Shown piece by piece: positions 36,564 through 50,700 of a stretch of DNA of 64,000 nt. Position 1 is the first letter of the stretch. Each line of letters opens with the position of its first letter. This DNA comes from Utricularia gibba (Eukaryota; Plantae; Magnoliophyta), in contig NEEC01000019.1 of NCBI GenBank assembly GCA_002189035.1, forward strand, positions 1,798,001-1,862,000. The letters run 5' to 3'. The notes under the pieces are model-generated. The model saw only the letters and a program-made list of their open reading frames with translations, searched no databases and was not told the origin of the DNA. Both the position numbers and the translations under genes were made by a program.

Positions 36564-37210
36564 AGTTCCAGACTTGATGTACGGCACTAGACCGTTTACC
36601 AGAAGTAGCGGGCAAGCAGGATGAGGAGACAAGTAAAGGAGTGGTCCCATTTGGAAGGGCGGAAGAAAAAATATATTAAAAGAAATAAAATAAAAAAGAG
36701 AAAAAAAGCAAGAGTTGGAAAATCATCCTCTCCCAACTCAACAAAAACAAAGAGTGCAAAAAGATAAAGCTCACCTTTGAACGTTGTCCGAAGGCCCCTC
36801 CGATGACCACAAGCCGCTAAGTATTCTCTGATAATTTGAAAACATGAATTTTTCTGCTGTGCTGCAAAAGATGAATCGATCATTATACTGCAAAATATCA
36901 GCAGGTGATGTGTAGGGATGATGAAGATGAAGAAGGAAGGATGGTTTGACCAAAAATGTTGAGATCTGGGAGGAGTTTGGTCGCTCTCTGATTGAACTTT
37001 TTCTATGCATGCTGTGGGAACATGTTGGCTACTCATCATAACCACTGCAATTATTTGAACCCCACCTCCACCTCGCTATATATATGAGCATATGTTGCTG
37101 TGAGATGCTGAAGCATTTCTCTTTATTCAAAGGGGTTTGGTTGGAATAACACAACTGGTAGAAGAGACAATAAAACTGGTGCCTCACCATTCAAATCAGA
37201 AAAGCTAGCG

Positions 37211-38381
37211 ATGGAGGAGGTTGAAGATCCGCTGGTCACTTTTGATTCTCCTGCTGCCTTCGGCCTTCCATTCCCAGCTTGGGAAACCGCCCAATGTTAC
37301 TCCCTTCTTCTTCTTCTTCTTCTTCCAGACTCTGGTTCTTCCGACCCCCGCCCCGCCTGAGTTTAGTCTAAGATTCTGTTGGTTGCGGTTGCAGGTATGG
37401 AGATAGGGAGCATGCCCGCTTTTTTTGAGGATGGGTTCTCCACAGGGTATCTTCAGGATGCGCTGTTCCAGTTCCGGCCGTCCGCCAAGCGCCGCCGCTC
37501 GCTCATGTTCGCGGACACGGACAGGGGCGCGACTCTGAAGGTATGCATTATTGGAAATGTGTGTCGGAAGTACATTGGCCATTGACTCTTTGTCGGTCCC
37601 CGGACAGAATCATGATTGTTTGAGTATGAAACTCATTGGGACGTGCGTAAGTTGCAGTAACTTTGTTGGTGCTTGTTTTCTTAATTGTCGTAGAACTCCA
37701 GCGCTGCAATCGGCGATGGCGACATCTTCTGTCACGAACTCCATGGAGAAGGTAACTCCTTGATCTCTCTTTTTTTGACAGGGGAATAATATAAACAATT
37801 CTCGTTATTACATATAGTTTTTTTTTCTGAATTTTTTCGGTTTGTCACAGAAGAAGCAGAAGGTGGTGAAGAGGAGACAAATTCAGAAGCTTATGCATAC
37901 GATTCCTCGTCATCTTCTCAGAATTTGGCATCAGCAGGGACTCCCGAGAAAACAAACATTGAAGATTCGGTAGACAGAGACCCACCATTCTCATCGTCTT
38001 CTGGTGAACAGCACTTTAGAATCTGCTTTTGTCAGTTGGAAGAAAGACAAAAGAAAGAAAGCTGAATACTTTGCGTGTCTTGTTTATTTTCCGACGTCTT
38101 TCTCAGGAAGCAACGACGATCAGAAACCGAAGACGAGGGTCGTGTATCCCTTCACGGTGGTGAAACAAGGTGGGTTCGAGGGCGCTGCAACGATAAACGA
38201 CATCAACCGGAGAATCCTCATGACGCCAACCAAGCCGCTGCGCCACCCCGTCGGAGAGTTCGCCTGCCGACCGCTTATTTTGCCGCACGGGCCGGGGTTG
38301 TCCGGGAAGGCCGTCGTGGCTTTCAAGAAGATTCAGACGCCCGGAAGAGGCACCATTACTATCGTCAGGACTAGAGGATGA
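37211..38381 (+). CDS. XRI1-like family protein, 5 exons
   Basis: Exons 37211-37295, 37395-37540, 37694-37751, 37851-38003, 38107-38381 are in phase. Motifs STGYLQDALFQF...KRRR, VVYPFTVVKQGG...TINDINRRILM, GLSGKAVVAFKKIQTPGRGTITIVRTRG. The exon 1 boundary is less certain. Confidence 0.82.
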
Positions 38382-38995
38382 ACTCATGTTTCGTTCAGAC
38401 ATTTTCGACTTCGAAATGTAAATACTTGTGTCCTAATATTCATCTCCATCACATTGTCGGAACTAGAACTCCTGTGATTTCCCGAATCACAAGTATATTG
38501 AAGAACCAGATCCAGAACTCGGCAATGCGTTTATCCAGACACAGTGAAGGGCATTTCTAACTTATTCACATAAATGAGCTACGGACATTCTCTAATCATA
38601 GAGAGATCCTGCAAGCACAAGCATTCTGTAATTATAGAGAATTCCAATAATTGCTGATAGTAGAATAGGGAATAATGGATGGTAGCAATAAATCCATTTT
38701 CAAGTATAAGTTGGTCCTCATCATATTCTCCTGCACAGAAGAGATTCTGATAGCAGAACTTGAGAATGGAATATGTATAGCACAGGGAACAAACACAAGG
38801 ATCCTTATTTACTGCCTATCGGCAGCAGCACCACATGGCTGTGGAAGTATTATTCAGGGGGCAGAGTTATGATCACAAAGCATCTCTATCTAGAAAGAAA
38901 TGAAGAATACGCACACAAACACACTGGCTATGGACAGAGGCAATGAATGACAGAGAGGTATAGAGAGATGGATACCACTTGGAGTGGTATTGGAG

Positions 38996-41900
38996 TCACG
39001 GAGCCTGTTGAAATGACAGGCGGCTTGGTGAATCTATTTGCACTATGTGGTCACCGTCATCGCTTAGATCCTCTCTTGTGGTATCATCATCATCTTCCTC
39101 ATCTGGGGATCGCAACGCATGAATATGTGTTGCACTTGGCCTGCGAAACATGGAAGCCCCTTCTGATTTAATGGAAACAACCGGGCGTGTGTGAGATGCA
39201 ATTACTTCTGGATTCGATTGAGTGTGAGATAGATTCCCGGGTCTAACTGAAAAGCTACGTGGCTGTTTTCCTCTGATGTTCACCTGATGAGTTACAGAAA
39301 ATGATACATGAAAAGAAGCCTGGGATGAGTTTTAAGAAAAGATGGAAGATTTATACTTACCATGCTACCATAGACGCTTAGCTGCAATGCTCTTGAAGAC
39401 AAGTTATTTTCATTATGTTCTGGAACTTCCAAGTCTAGCTTAGACCGTTGAGCTGGCCGGGGCCAACTCATTAAGCCACTGTGATCTCGTCTCATAAAAG
39501 ATCCAGCAGGGCGATCCACCAAGTCTGGAAACATGGAAGACTTCTTTTTCTGGAGAGATCTACCAGTGTCCACGCCAGATAGATTAAATGTGATAATCCT
39601 TGACCGTGCCTCAATGTGATATACTGACAGTCGATGAGCGAAGCTGGCTTCCTTGGTGCCTGTGCATCCTCATGAAAGGGAGTTAGCAAGTTGAAGGAAA
39701 TCTACATTTTACAAATAGCAGAAACTGAAGAAAGGATAGCCCATAAAGCAGATATTCATCAGATGTCATGGTTGGCTGCTGGAGGTGAAAATGTTCATCA
39801 GATGTGAGAACGCAATTTGCTACCTGATGGACCAGAAAAGAGGAAGCTTTGATCGAAGGAAGGAAATACTGCAGCAGGAGCCGTAAGCAATTCTTCCAGT
39901 CCTCCGTGCATTTTGATATATCCTTCCAATAGGAAACCAACATGTTGTGGAGCTAATTCAAAGCTCTCCCCTCTGATATATGTCTTCATTGTCGATCTCT
40001 CAGCAATAACAATCCTTAATTCTTGCATTGTCATCTTCTCAAATATATGTGGGAGCATCAACTTAGCTAGAACAATCACACTTTCCTGCAATGTCACAAA
40101 AAAGGTAAGGTAAGGTAGCTTGTGTAATGCACAGACACCAATTGCATAAAACCACAAATGTCCATGCCTGCCAAAAGAATTCTTCCACGGCAGGATCAGT
40201 TTTACATGCAGCATGTATTCTTTCGGACTCCACAAAGAAGCAGAGAACCACAGAATCAGCTGTAATATCACAGAGATATGGCTTCCCGGTTAGCACTTCA
40301 TACAGTCCCAGTGTACTTCCATGGCTAAAAGTTGGATGCAGTAAATGTTCATGGCTTATGCTTTTACTCGACCACTGCCAAGACAAGCCAGCAAGTTGAT
40401 TCAAATATAGGACCAGATGCAAACTATAAAACATTTCTGGTCTTGATGCTTCTAGCTGCATACCTTCACCACACCATTTGCTATTAACCAGATACCAGAA
40501 GGCCTTGATCCCTCCCTGTAAAGTCTAGTTCCAGATAATTTCATTAGTTCTTTTGTAGACCCAACCAGTGATTTACGCACGGCAGAAGGTAGAGCTCCTA
40601 GCAAAGGATTGGCAGCTATCAATTCACGTGCTTTTGGAACCTTCACCATGGGAGGATTTCTCAACAACATTTTCAGGTCAGTCTGCATAAACTCTGGAAG
40701 TTACTCAGTGCTGCCACAGAAGGAATGATTTCAAAGAAGGTAATCCTTTACCTGGACAGCCTCATGAAGATGACTCATCTCCTTTTCGTCTAATAATCCA
40801 ATCTTTTCAAGATTATTAACATAATCAATTAAATGGTTCAGCACAGAATATGTAACTTGCCTGGTTTTAACAACACGCAAAACCTGAAGATTTTGATTTC
40901 AATAAGTCTCCTGAAGCACTTGCCTTGAAATCGAATTTCAAAGACATGACACTACATACCTGTGGAAATGTAATTCGAACATCTTCCAGAAATTTTCTTG
41001 GTTTCTCACCTTCCTGCTCGCTTTCATTTATTACAGAATTGGTGACTGCACTGTCGCCTGAAGAGAGTATCAATGAATGGATTAACAAACATAAAGCTTT
41101 CGTTCATTTCCCTTCTACAAATGTTAACATCCTCGAAGCCTCCGTATCATGTTCCCAGTGGATGAAAAATACTTCAACTTTTCCGAAACAAAAACTTTCT
41201 TACCTAAAAAGTCCAGTAGCTGTTGTCTGGCAATTGTATGGGCACGGAGGAAGGCAGCACAAATATAGCATGCAGACTCTAATCTCTCCACAGTGAGATA
41301 AGTAACAAGCCTTTGAGGCACTGAACCAGAGAGCAGAAACCTATAGTGATTTGGGATGCTCACATTAGAATTCAGGCCTTCCCAATCACGCAAGGAGTCA
41401 CTAGCTTGGTCCAAAGCATCATCCACAGACCGCATAAGAATGATCGCCATTTGTTGTGTGATCCTGCCCTCCTCAAGCATGACCCAGTAGGCAGCCTGAA
41501 CACCTGTTGGCACCATCGCTTTACATTATGAGGTGTTCATGCTACTAATAACAAACATCTCAATATTCTTGGGATGCTTCCTTTTTTTCTGAAAGGAAAT
41601 TCTCTGGTTCCAGCACCAATTCAGGTAAGTTTATAGGTAATCGTGTCACAAAAGGAAAAAACAGGCATCATTCATGTTGCAGATTAGGTGTAAAAACGAA
41701 AAAAAAAAAACCAAAAGCGAAGGACATTGACAACTTGCCATTCAATAACCGCACTCTGACATCTGCCAAATTCAAATGGTCAAGATCAACATCATTCTCG
41801 GATGGAATATGCGGATGCGTTGGGTCACCAACCACATCCACATCATTTAGGCTTTTAATATAGTGTTTCACTGTAGGCCAGTCTGCAGGTCCCAATTCTT

Positions 41901-44900
41901 CGTCATCCCCAAGATCACCAAAGGCCTGTAATGCTTTGTTCAGCATTTCATACTTGGTGTAGCGCAGTATTCGAATCTGCAGCAACGTATGAAAAAAGTA
42001 ATAGCAATAAGTTTTTTGCAGGTTAAAGCAAATCCAGGGAATATGGAATTGTAGCAAGATGTAATAAACTAATGTTTATGACCACATTGCATCACCTAGC
42101 TACGAAATACTGTCCCAAAGTGCAAGTTATTTCATTCTTGTATTCAATGTGATATAGATAAGTGGACTATAAGTTTTCCAAAAGACCAAAGAAAAAACTA
42201 AAAAGTATGCCAGAGAGAGGCACCCTTTACCTTTGCAGCAGATAGCTTATCCATCTTTAGGAAATGTAAAATAAATTGGGTTGTGGATCCATTGATGATA
42301 AGCGTAAGGAAAACAATCCCGCCAGTTAAAAATACGAACTGCAGAAGAAATGAAATAAATTTAACATATTTTCAATTATCGGGATACACAAAAAAATACA
42401 ATTAGAGATTGTCTTGGCTTACCAGATAACCAGTATCAGAACTGATGTTCACTGACATGCCACTAGAGCGCTGAAACACCCAAGGAAAAAAAAAGTGAAG
42501 TTGAATTTTATTACAAAATATTCTGAAGTTCTTTTTTCACTGTTTTCTTTCCGGACAAAATAACCTTTGCTAAATTAAATTAGCAGGAAAAATAAGAAGG
42601 TCATTTTTTCCTGTAACTCGAACGCATATATTTGCCAGTAGCGAACCAATTTTTTAAAAAACAATACAGAAACATGAAAGACTTTATTTAGAGCTGAACA
42701 AAGATGAAAATTGAGCATGCCTGCACAGAGAGTGAAAGTGATAATGCCACTGCTCCTCGCAGACCAGACCAGACAAGAATTATGGCTTCTTTCCAGTCTA
42801 GCCCATAGCCAAAATATTGCAGAAGTGGAAACAACGCAACTACCACAACCACTCTAGAAAGCTGAACAAAAAGATACAAAAGGAACAGATAACTCCATGA
42901 ATTCTCTGCATAACGAAAATAGAAAAAGTTAGTCACATAGAGAGAAAGCTCTTATTATGTTACAATAGATGTCTGAGTTAAAAAGAGCTATGGCACACGA
43001 CAGAGTAAACTGACGTAACCAAACCAGGGGTTCTAGAATCATATGAAAAAAAAATTAATGATAACTAAATAAAGTAGCATATGTTCTCACTATATATGGA
43101 GATTATCCTAGATAGCGATAGCCATGAGATCCACAGGCACCTCACCTAACAAGGAAAGTGTATGGGGTGCTGTTGTTGTTGTAGTTGATTTGCATACAAC
43201 TGGAATTAATAAAATGTTGGACTCAGTGAGAATGCTGGAAAAATAATTTTTGGGAGAAGCCCAATGCATGAAAGTGACTTAAGATTTTAAGACAGGGCTA
43301 TGGACAAAGTGGTCAATGGATACAACATATCTATTTTTTTAATTATTCACTTCGACAAACATTGGAGGTAAATTTCATTCTCCGATGTACATGATTTCAT
43401 TATCCAAACAAGATGCAGTATAATACATATATTCTGGTGAAGATATGCAAGATGAGTCAACAACATAATAAAACATATAGCGTGCAACAGATGCTTAAAA
43501 TTCTGCGCAAGCTTCATATAAATTGGCTGCAGAGAGAAAACGCAATAGAAAGATAGCCGTAAAAAATCTAAGGCTTCACATTACCATGGACTGCAAGAAT
43601 GTTGCCACTTGTAAAAAGACTTTCAGATATAACCACTCCGCTGCAAATACACGACACATTCAATCAGCAATACTTTTACTAAGGAAAATAATGAAAACCT
43701 CCGTAATCATGTTACATAGCCACAATCCACTAAAATATATTTGATGCCGGAAGCATAAAAATTCAGAGATTTTATTGGTGGAGAGTAAAGAGATCCTACA
43801 TGCCTCTTCCTATCTCACAAACAATACAGGATCGTTTAAAAATCATTCTCACCTTAAAATAAAGATCAATGTATTCGCAATATAAGCAACCATTTCCCTG
43901 TGAAGTCAAATACCATGGAAACTTGTTTGTAACGAAAGGTCTTGATTATTTGTTATGAAAAGAGCGAGGCAACTGTTTAAAGAACAGTGAAAAAATCACC
44001 AAAAGTGATGCAAACTCTGCTGGCTTTCCCCCTTGAAGGCAGTTCGAGCAAAAGCAGAGTAGAACCTGTCAATGCATGCTATTTCACGGGGAGCTTTTTC
44101 ACCAAAGTTTGATCATCAATTTAAGAAAACATCAAAACCTACATTCCCAAAGTCATGACGGTCAAGACTCCAGAAACATCAAGCCCTTCCTGAGACTGTC
44201 ACTTAAAAATAACAATCAGAATTCCTCCAAACGAAGGATGTAAAAAGGAATACGAGGTACATTGTTCTACTCAACCATTGCTAGTAGTAGAAAGGTATAC
44301 ATTTATTTGGAAATTACGAATGTAGTACCAATTAGACGTTTTCACTTTACGCTTAAAAATTATTAATAGTCAGATAATAAAATACACTTTTATTACATGA
44401 AATTCAATCAGTCTAAAACTCCAGAATAAATCTCCAACAAACAAAATAGTGTGCGCAGACCAAAAATACAAAGTTCAAGGTGATCAAACAGTCAAAACAT
44501 ACCGTAAAGTACGCTATGTAGCTCACTGCAAGGGTCAACGTAATTTCAATAACTGTGTCATTGAATATATATCCCAGCCAAAAAATGGATACTACTCCAA
44601 AAGCAAGGCCGATACCCACTCTGCACCAAAAGTCAAAGGCTCAAAAGAGGAATAATTATGCCAAAAAAATTCAAGACATCTATTGTTCACTTAAGTGAAC
44701 AGACTCACGCCCCAAGAGAGACTTGAGCCAGAAACTTGACCACTGCACCCCAATTAAAGGTCCAGCCAAGAACCATGCGAAAAAATAATTGGTAAACCAC
44801 AATTGCAGTCCTGAAATCAGAAAAAAAAATGTTAACTGAGACTTCATAAACAAAAATAAATAATCTAGCATTGCAATTCCAGTGTTAAGAGCCAAAACAG

Positions 44901-45983
44901 AACTATATATTTCAGAAAGAGAACAATATACTACAGATTGAGAATTCTAAAATAACCAACTGAAAGTAATTCAGAACAACTTGATGTACCACTCATATCA
45001 TACCCATCATTCATCAGGGACTCCCCTTCAATTATAGTGCTCAACTTTTTGCTGGCTCCAAGCTCCTTCAGAAGGGCTACAACAGCAACGGGATCAGTAG
45101 CACTAAGAAGCCCTCCCAGCAGCAGAGAAGTTTGCCAGTTCCAGTTGTATGGAAAAGCAAGCTGCACTTCTTGATTTCAGAAGAATGAGAAACGAAAAGT
45201 ATAACTAGTAACTAGCATACCTTAACAGATGCCCCAAGAAAAAAGGTTGAAATAAGCACTCCAGGACCAGCAAGTAAAAACATTTGCACGATACACCTCT
45301 GCGCACATTCACAAATAGCACCGAAGCATAAAAAATATTATCAGATGCATGATCCCAGCATCACCTAAGAACATGCAATATCTATAAAATGGAAAGAAAT
45401 AAAGAATATAAATTCTGACTTAGAATGACCTTTATCTGATGTATTTCCATCGAAAATGAGCTTTCAAAGAGAAGTGCAGGAAGGAACACAGCCAAAAGAA
45501 GGTCAGGATCAATATTAGACCCTATCAAAGGGAAATCAATGAACTCCAGTCAAAGAAGAAATCAAAAGAAGGAAAGTTGAAATCTTTGGCAGGGTAATGC
45601 ACTTACATATGCGAATCCCATGGCCAATCCTCCCCAACCCATGATTCGTTCCATGTTCTGAAAATGGATGCATCAGTGTCTCATATCCCAGTTACAATTT
45701 CATTCTAAATGCATTGGAATTGACGTGATTCATAAGATTGTATCATTAACATCCACTTCAGAGTCTCAACCAGTACAACGAATAGAAACGTATGCGTACC
45801 TAAGGCCCCAAGTCCAATGCCAAGAAGAAGTAGAGCAACAGTATAGGGTACACGCGTCCCCCTGAGCACGTGTCGACTTGCCATCCCTAGGACCAAGCTA
45901 ATCCCCACAAATATCACAGCATCTGTCGTCTTGCCATCCGAAGAAGAAGAGCCTTGTTCTAGAACTCGCAGGTTCGAGTCCAT
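38996..45983 (-). CDS. SOS1: Plasma-membrane Na+/H+ antiporter SOS1 (NHX7), about 23 exons, intact
   Basis: Exons traced in frame from MDSNLRV (45983) through SATDPVAVVALLKELGASKKLSTIIEGESLMNDG, WSGLRGAVALSLSL and the cyclic-nucleotide-binding-like region. The long tail with GLMSWP and the SOS2 site IDSPSRLSF distinguishes it from NHX8. Confidence 0.96.
43085..43187 (+). mobile_element. Possible TTG-tailed SINE/RTE-LINE 3' remnant in a SOS1 intron (antisense to SOS1)
   Basis: A GC-richer island in an otherwise A-rich intron ends in tgttgttgttgtagttg (about 43170-43187), as TS/SolS-type SINEs and plant RTE ends do. No A/B boxes or TSD confirmed. Confidence 0.3.
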
Positions 45984-47740
45984 GACTTAATTCAAAGTTC
46001 ACTTATTTCTGTCTCCTACTCTCATGCAAATAATACTCCTTGGACTTGCAGTCCACGAGCTTTTTGCTTTAACAGAAGACAATTAAGCGCTTCAGAATTC
46101 AGATACTTTTCTTGCTGAATCAAATCATTGAGAATGCAAACAGCAGTAGACAGCAACGGAATTGATCTAACCCACCATGCCACTTGCAAATATATGCTTT
46201 GATCCAAGATCCAGTTGGACCACAAAAGAAGCATATGCCAATAATTCCAAGACTCAATCAAAGCAACAGCCTTAGTGAAATGCTAACAGCAGGATCGCAT
46301 GAATGAAAACTGTGAATGATTATCTAGCCAAAGAGCATAATCGAGAAGACAAGCTGCTGACCCATAAAAAAAACCAGATCACCAAAATAAGCCAACTCCA
46401 AACGCGAAAAGCCCTGTCAAGTCTCAACGGGTACACAGTGCGAGTGCGCAAATGGGTACTTTAAAGGTGGAAAACACCGATTGTTCTCAGGGGTTCCCCG
46501 TTTCTGGATTGAAAGCGATGGGATCATTGGCAAATGGGAGTAGAGACGGCTCTGGGGCCTGGGCTTCGTGAAAATTTAGTCTTATATTCATTTCTCTCTC
46601 TCTACCTTATGGTCTAGAATCCAGATACACATCAGGATCGTTCTTAATTCTGGGTAGGATGGGACTCCCGGGAGTCCCTATCAAGAATCTATCTACGTAA
46701 AAAGGGGATGAGTGACGCAACTTGTTGCTGTGACTGGCAATGGCGGTAACTTCATGGGGCTTAACGAGAGTCCGCTGTGAGAAACAATGCGCATGGTATG
46801 CGCATTTTCACCGCTGAATCGTCGTCCAAATCATATTTTCTGGCATCAGTTCTTTCATTTGGTCGCCCAGAAGAGCCTACTTCCACTCTCAGAGGTTTTC
46901 TTGCGCAGTGTACATGACCACAACGTTCTTCAAATTTCAACCGCGTCTTTCACATCTTCACTCGGAGACAATCGAGCTGGATGTTACCCAATGCCCAGGG
47001 GATGAACTATACAGAGTAAAGATTTGATTTTTAACTTTACCCTAAAAAAATCGCGCTTCATACCCCCGTAGATGCGTAGCTGCTGCATTGCTTTTATGGG
47101 CAAACTACTTTTTTCGGTTGATTCCCTGTTTCTACTTCCTGCTGTTTAGCAGCGTGGTCATACCAAATCATCGAGTTACTGCGTTCTCGTCTATGAAAGA
47201 TCCAGAAGGGCGATCTCCCACGTTGAGAATTAGAATGCCTTCCCGGAAGTGCTTGCCCAGTATCAAATCCGGCAAGATCAAGTGAATGATCTTGACCTTG
47301 TCATAGCTTGATATATTGATCTTTGATGTGATAAGCCTCCAAATCTAGGACCTGATCTGTGGATCACAAGTATAAAACTTTGGTCAACGTTGTTTATCAC
47401 ATCACTCTCTAATGTGCCTGGAGTTCCATGAACGCGGAAACTTTGTTCCAACCGTGGCAACAGAGCAGCGAGAGCTGTAAGAACTCCCTCTTACCCTTCC
47501 CAATGGGAAGTCAATGGAATGTGAAGGTATCTTGGACCCTTCAGCACTGGGAGTCGTCAATTGCTGCTTTTGTTGCCTACCATCAAAGTAGTTTTACACC
47601 TCTCTCGTGAATCCTCACAAATAGAATTAGCTGAACAGAACAAAACTGGAATAATTACTGAAATTTGCCGGCCATGTCTGAATCCAGCATAAGATGAGCT
47701 AAAACCCTGAAAATGGGGTGGAGTTACAGCCTAAACTAAG

Positions 47741-50700
47741 TTACGTGGTAGCACTAGGAGTCACTTGGAAGAACTTGGCAACGGCTTGATACAGGCTCGT
47801 TTCTTGGAACGGCTTTGAAACGTACCCATCCATACCACAATTCAAACATTTGTCTAGTGTGGCATGTATAACATCTGCTGTCATCGCCAGTATTGGTATA
47901 TGCCACTCTGCTGATCCCCCTTCCACTTGCCATCCTATGTTCATGTGCTCCTTTGCTTTCTTCTCCATCTCCCGAATGCGACGAGTTGCCTCGAATCTGT
48001 TCACACATTTGAGTTACTTTCTTGAAAATATGAACAGAATGGTTTGTTTTGCTTGTTTTCAGACTTACCCATCCATTTCAGGCATCTGGATATCCATGAA
48101 ACATGCATCAAAATCATGGGGGATTTGGAGCCATTTCAAGGCCTCAGGGCCACTTTCTGCGCAAGTTACTTCTGCACCAAAGCGCTTGAGGGCACCAGCA
48201 GCAACTCTCCGGTTCACATTGTTATCATCAACCACCAAGATTTTCTTACCACACAGCAATCCATGGAGACCAGAAGATCTCTTGGTGGATTCTGATCCAT
48301 TCGTGGTACTGATTCCCAGTACTTGTTGTAGGCAAGCAGCTACTGCTTTCACTCTGAGAGGTTTCGTGATTACCACAAAACCAGCAGCCTTGGCTTTCTC
48401 ACACTCTGCAGCGCTGATAGTAGTAGCAAGAAGTATCATCTTTGGAGGCTTACATGACTGGCCATGGAGTCCACTGGTTGACAGTAATGGGAAACTGTTT
48501 TCTTCTTCCGAATCCCAAATGTCTTTTTCTATTAAAATTATGTCCGGGAGTTTTTCATTCCTGCATCAAGTGCATGAGGCAAAATGTATAAGTTGAACTC
48601 GTAAAGAGAGAAATGGAGAAGGCATTTAGAGGGAATTTTCGACATCATGAAGAAAATTTCTAAACAAATCTTTCCCTAATTCTCCAGGGATAAAGGGGTT
48701 GATGCAGATAGTTTAAAAAAATAAGACTTACCAAGAAACCAGGGATCCATTCTTTCTGAACAAAGCATTTGCCATTCTGATGCTACTGTAAACCTCAATT
48801 TCAATACCAAGTCTCCTCAAGTGGTACTTTGTAACGGTTGCCCTTACTGGCTTGCAATCTACAACAATACCTTTTAACCCTTTCAGTGCAGTAGGCATAT
48901 CCTCAGAGAGAGACTTCTTCAGAGCACTAGTGGTTTCTCTCTTGAATCTTTTCAACTTCACAGAGAAAGAAAAAGTACTTCCCACCTGAGGGCGGCTAGT
49001 GAAGTTCATTTGACCACCCATTAGCTCAACAAGACACTTGCTTATGCTTAATCCTATACCTGTTCCACCATAATTTCTAGAAGTTGAACTGTCTGCCTGC
49101 ATAAATGGGGTGAAGACACGTTTCTGTGCGTGTTCAGAGATCCCGATTCCGGTATCCTCAACCCATATAAGCAAGGTGACATTTTCATCATTTGAAATAT
49201 TAAAGGAAGCATCAGAGAGTGATTCATCATCCAACTGCTTGAATACTTCCCAACTACTACGATTGTCCGCTGCTTGTTTACCACTTAATGTGTTGAAGTT
49301 TTCAGCACAGAATTCCCCATTGGAGAAGGTTTTATTCTTCAAGCGCAAGAGGGAATTCACTTGTTCAGCTACATGAACTTGAACAAATATATGGCCTTGC
49401 TCAGTAAACTGCAAAGTTAATTTTCAGCCCAAGAAAACGAGTCAGAACCATGTAACTGAGTTCAGAATATGCAGGCTCTGGTTCTTTAAAGAACTTCAAC
49501 AAAATGCAACTTACCTTTACAGAGTTCCCTACAAGATTGATAATGACCTGCCTGAATCTTCCTGGATCCCCAACAACAAACTCAGGTACTTTGTCTGAAA
49601 CAAAAACTGCAAGCTGCAATAAACAGTTAACAATGTAAATTCATGTGTTTTTTCCAAACAAAACAATCGTCCACCACTGAAAAGAGTAGATTAAGAAGTG
49701 CTATTTCACTACGGTGTGAGCTTACCTCAACACCCTTTTGACGAGATTTTTCAGAGAACAAGAACAAAACGTCATCTAGAGTCGACCTGAGATCAAAGGG
49801 TACAGCCTCAAGCTCAAGCTTTCCAGCTTCAATCTTTGCTCGGTCAAGAACATCATTAATCAAGGTTATCAGAGCTCCTCCACAATCTTGAGCTGTTTGA
49901 GCGTAGTCATTTTGGGTTCTTGTTAGCTCAGTATCTAGAAGTAGTTGCAGCATTCCTATAGGAGACAAGAAAAAACTAGAATTAAAAACCAAGAACTACA
50001 TGGAACTCAATGAAGCAACCAAAATATCCAAATATGATTTCATACCAAGTATCCCATTCATGGGAGTTCGTATTTCATGAGAAACAGTGGCCAAAAACTG
50101 TAACAAAATTGATCAGAGCTCCAAGTTAGAACAGTCGCTAAAGGTGAGCTAAAATTCTCTTATCAAAACCAACGGCAAATAGAATCTACACCTGAGATTT
50201 GGCCACATCAGCTGCTTCAGCTTGGACTTTTAGCTTCCGCATTTTATCAAAATCATCTTCAACTCTCACTACTTGTAGTGCTGCACCATATATCATGTAG
50301 CCGACCAAACCGAAAATCACACAAACAAAGCCTGGCGTCATAATACACTGCCATGCCATTGGAGCCTTCTGAAGATACCTATAGAGAAAATAATGCTTTA
50401 CCACTTTCAGAACGCATTAGCAAAATGATGTCTTATGTATGATTTATGCACAAAACCACATCCATGGCCAAAAAATTGAGGATCAAACTGATGATGGATA
50501 AGCTAGAACATGTACCGGCATATCATCTCATGTTTGCGGGTTGGATCCCCAAAGTTAAGCTTGCTAGAATGCTCAAGAGATGTATCACCATCTTGTGACT
50601 GGTTACCATAGATAATCAAGGGACCAGAGGAATTGGTAATATCATATACATGGACAACAATTGCCTGATTTCCAGCAAGTTGGCCAAGCAGATTCTCAAC

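Noticed and set aside
45965-45985. tRNA T-loop/B-box-like GGTTCGAGTCC
   Set aside because: It is the reverse complement of the SOS1 start (ATG GAC TCG AAC C). No cloverleaf or A-box is present.
47289-47309. TCTTGACCTTGT resembling a TAS3 tasiARF
   Set aside because: Only 12 nt match, the 3' part diverges, and no flanking miR390 sites were seen.
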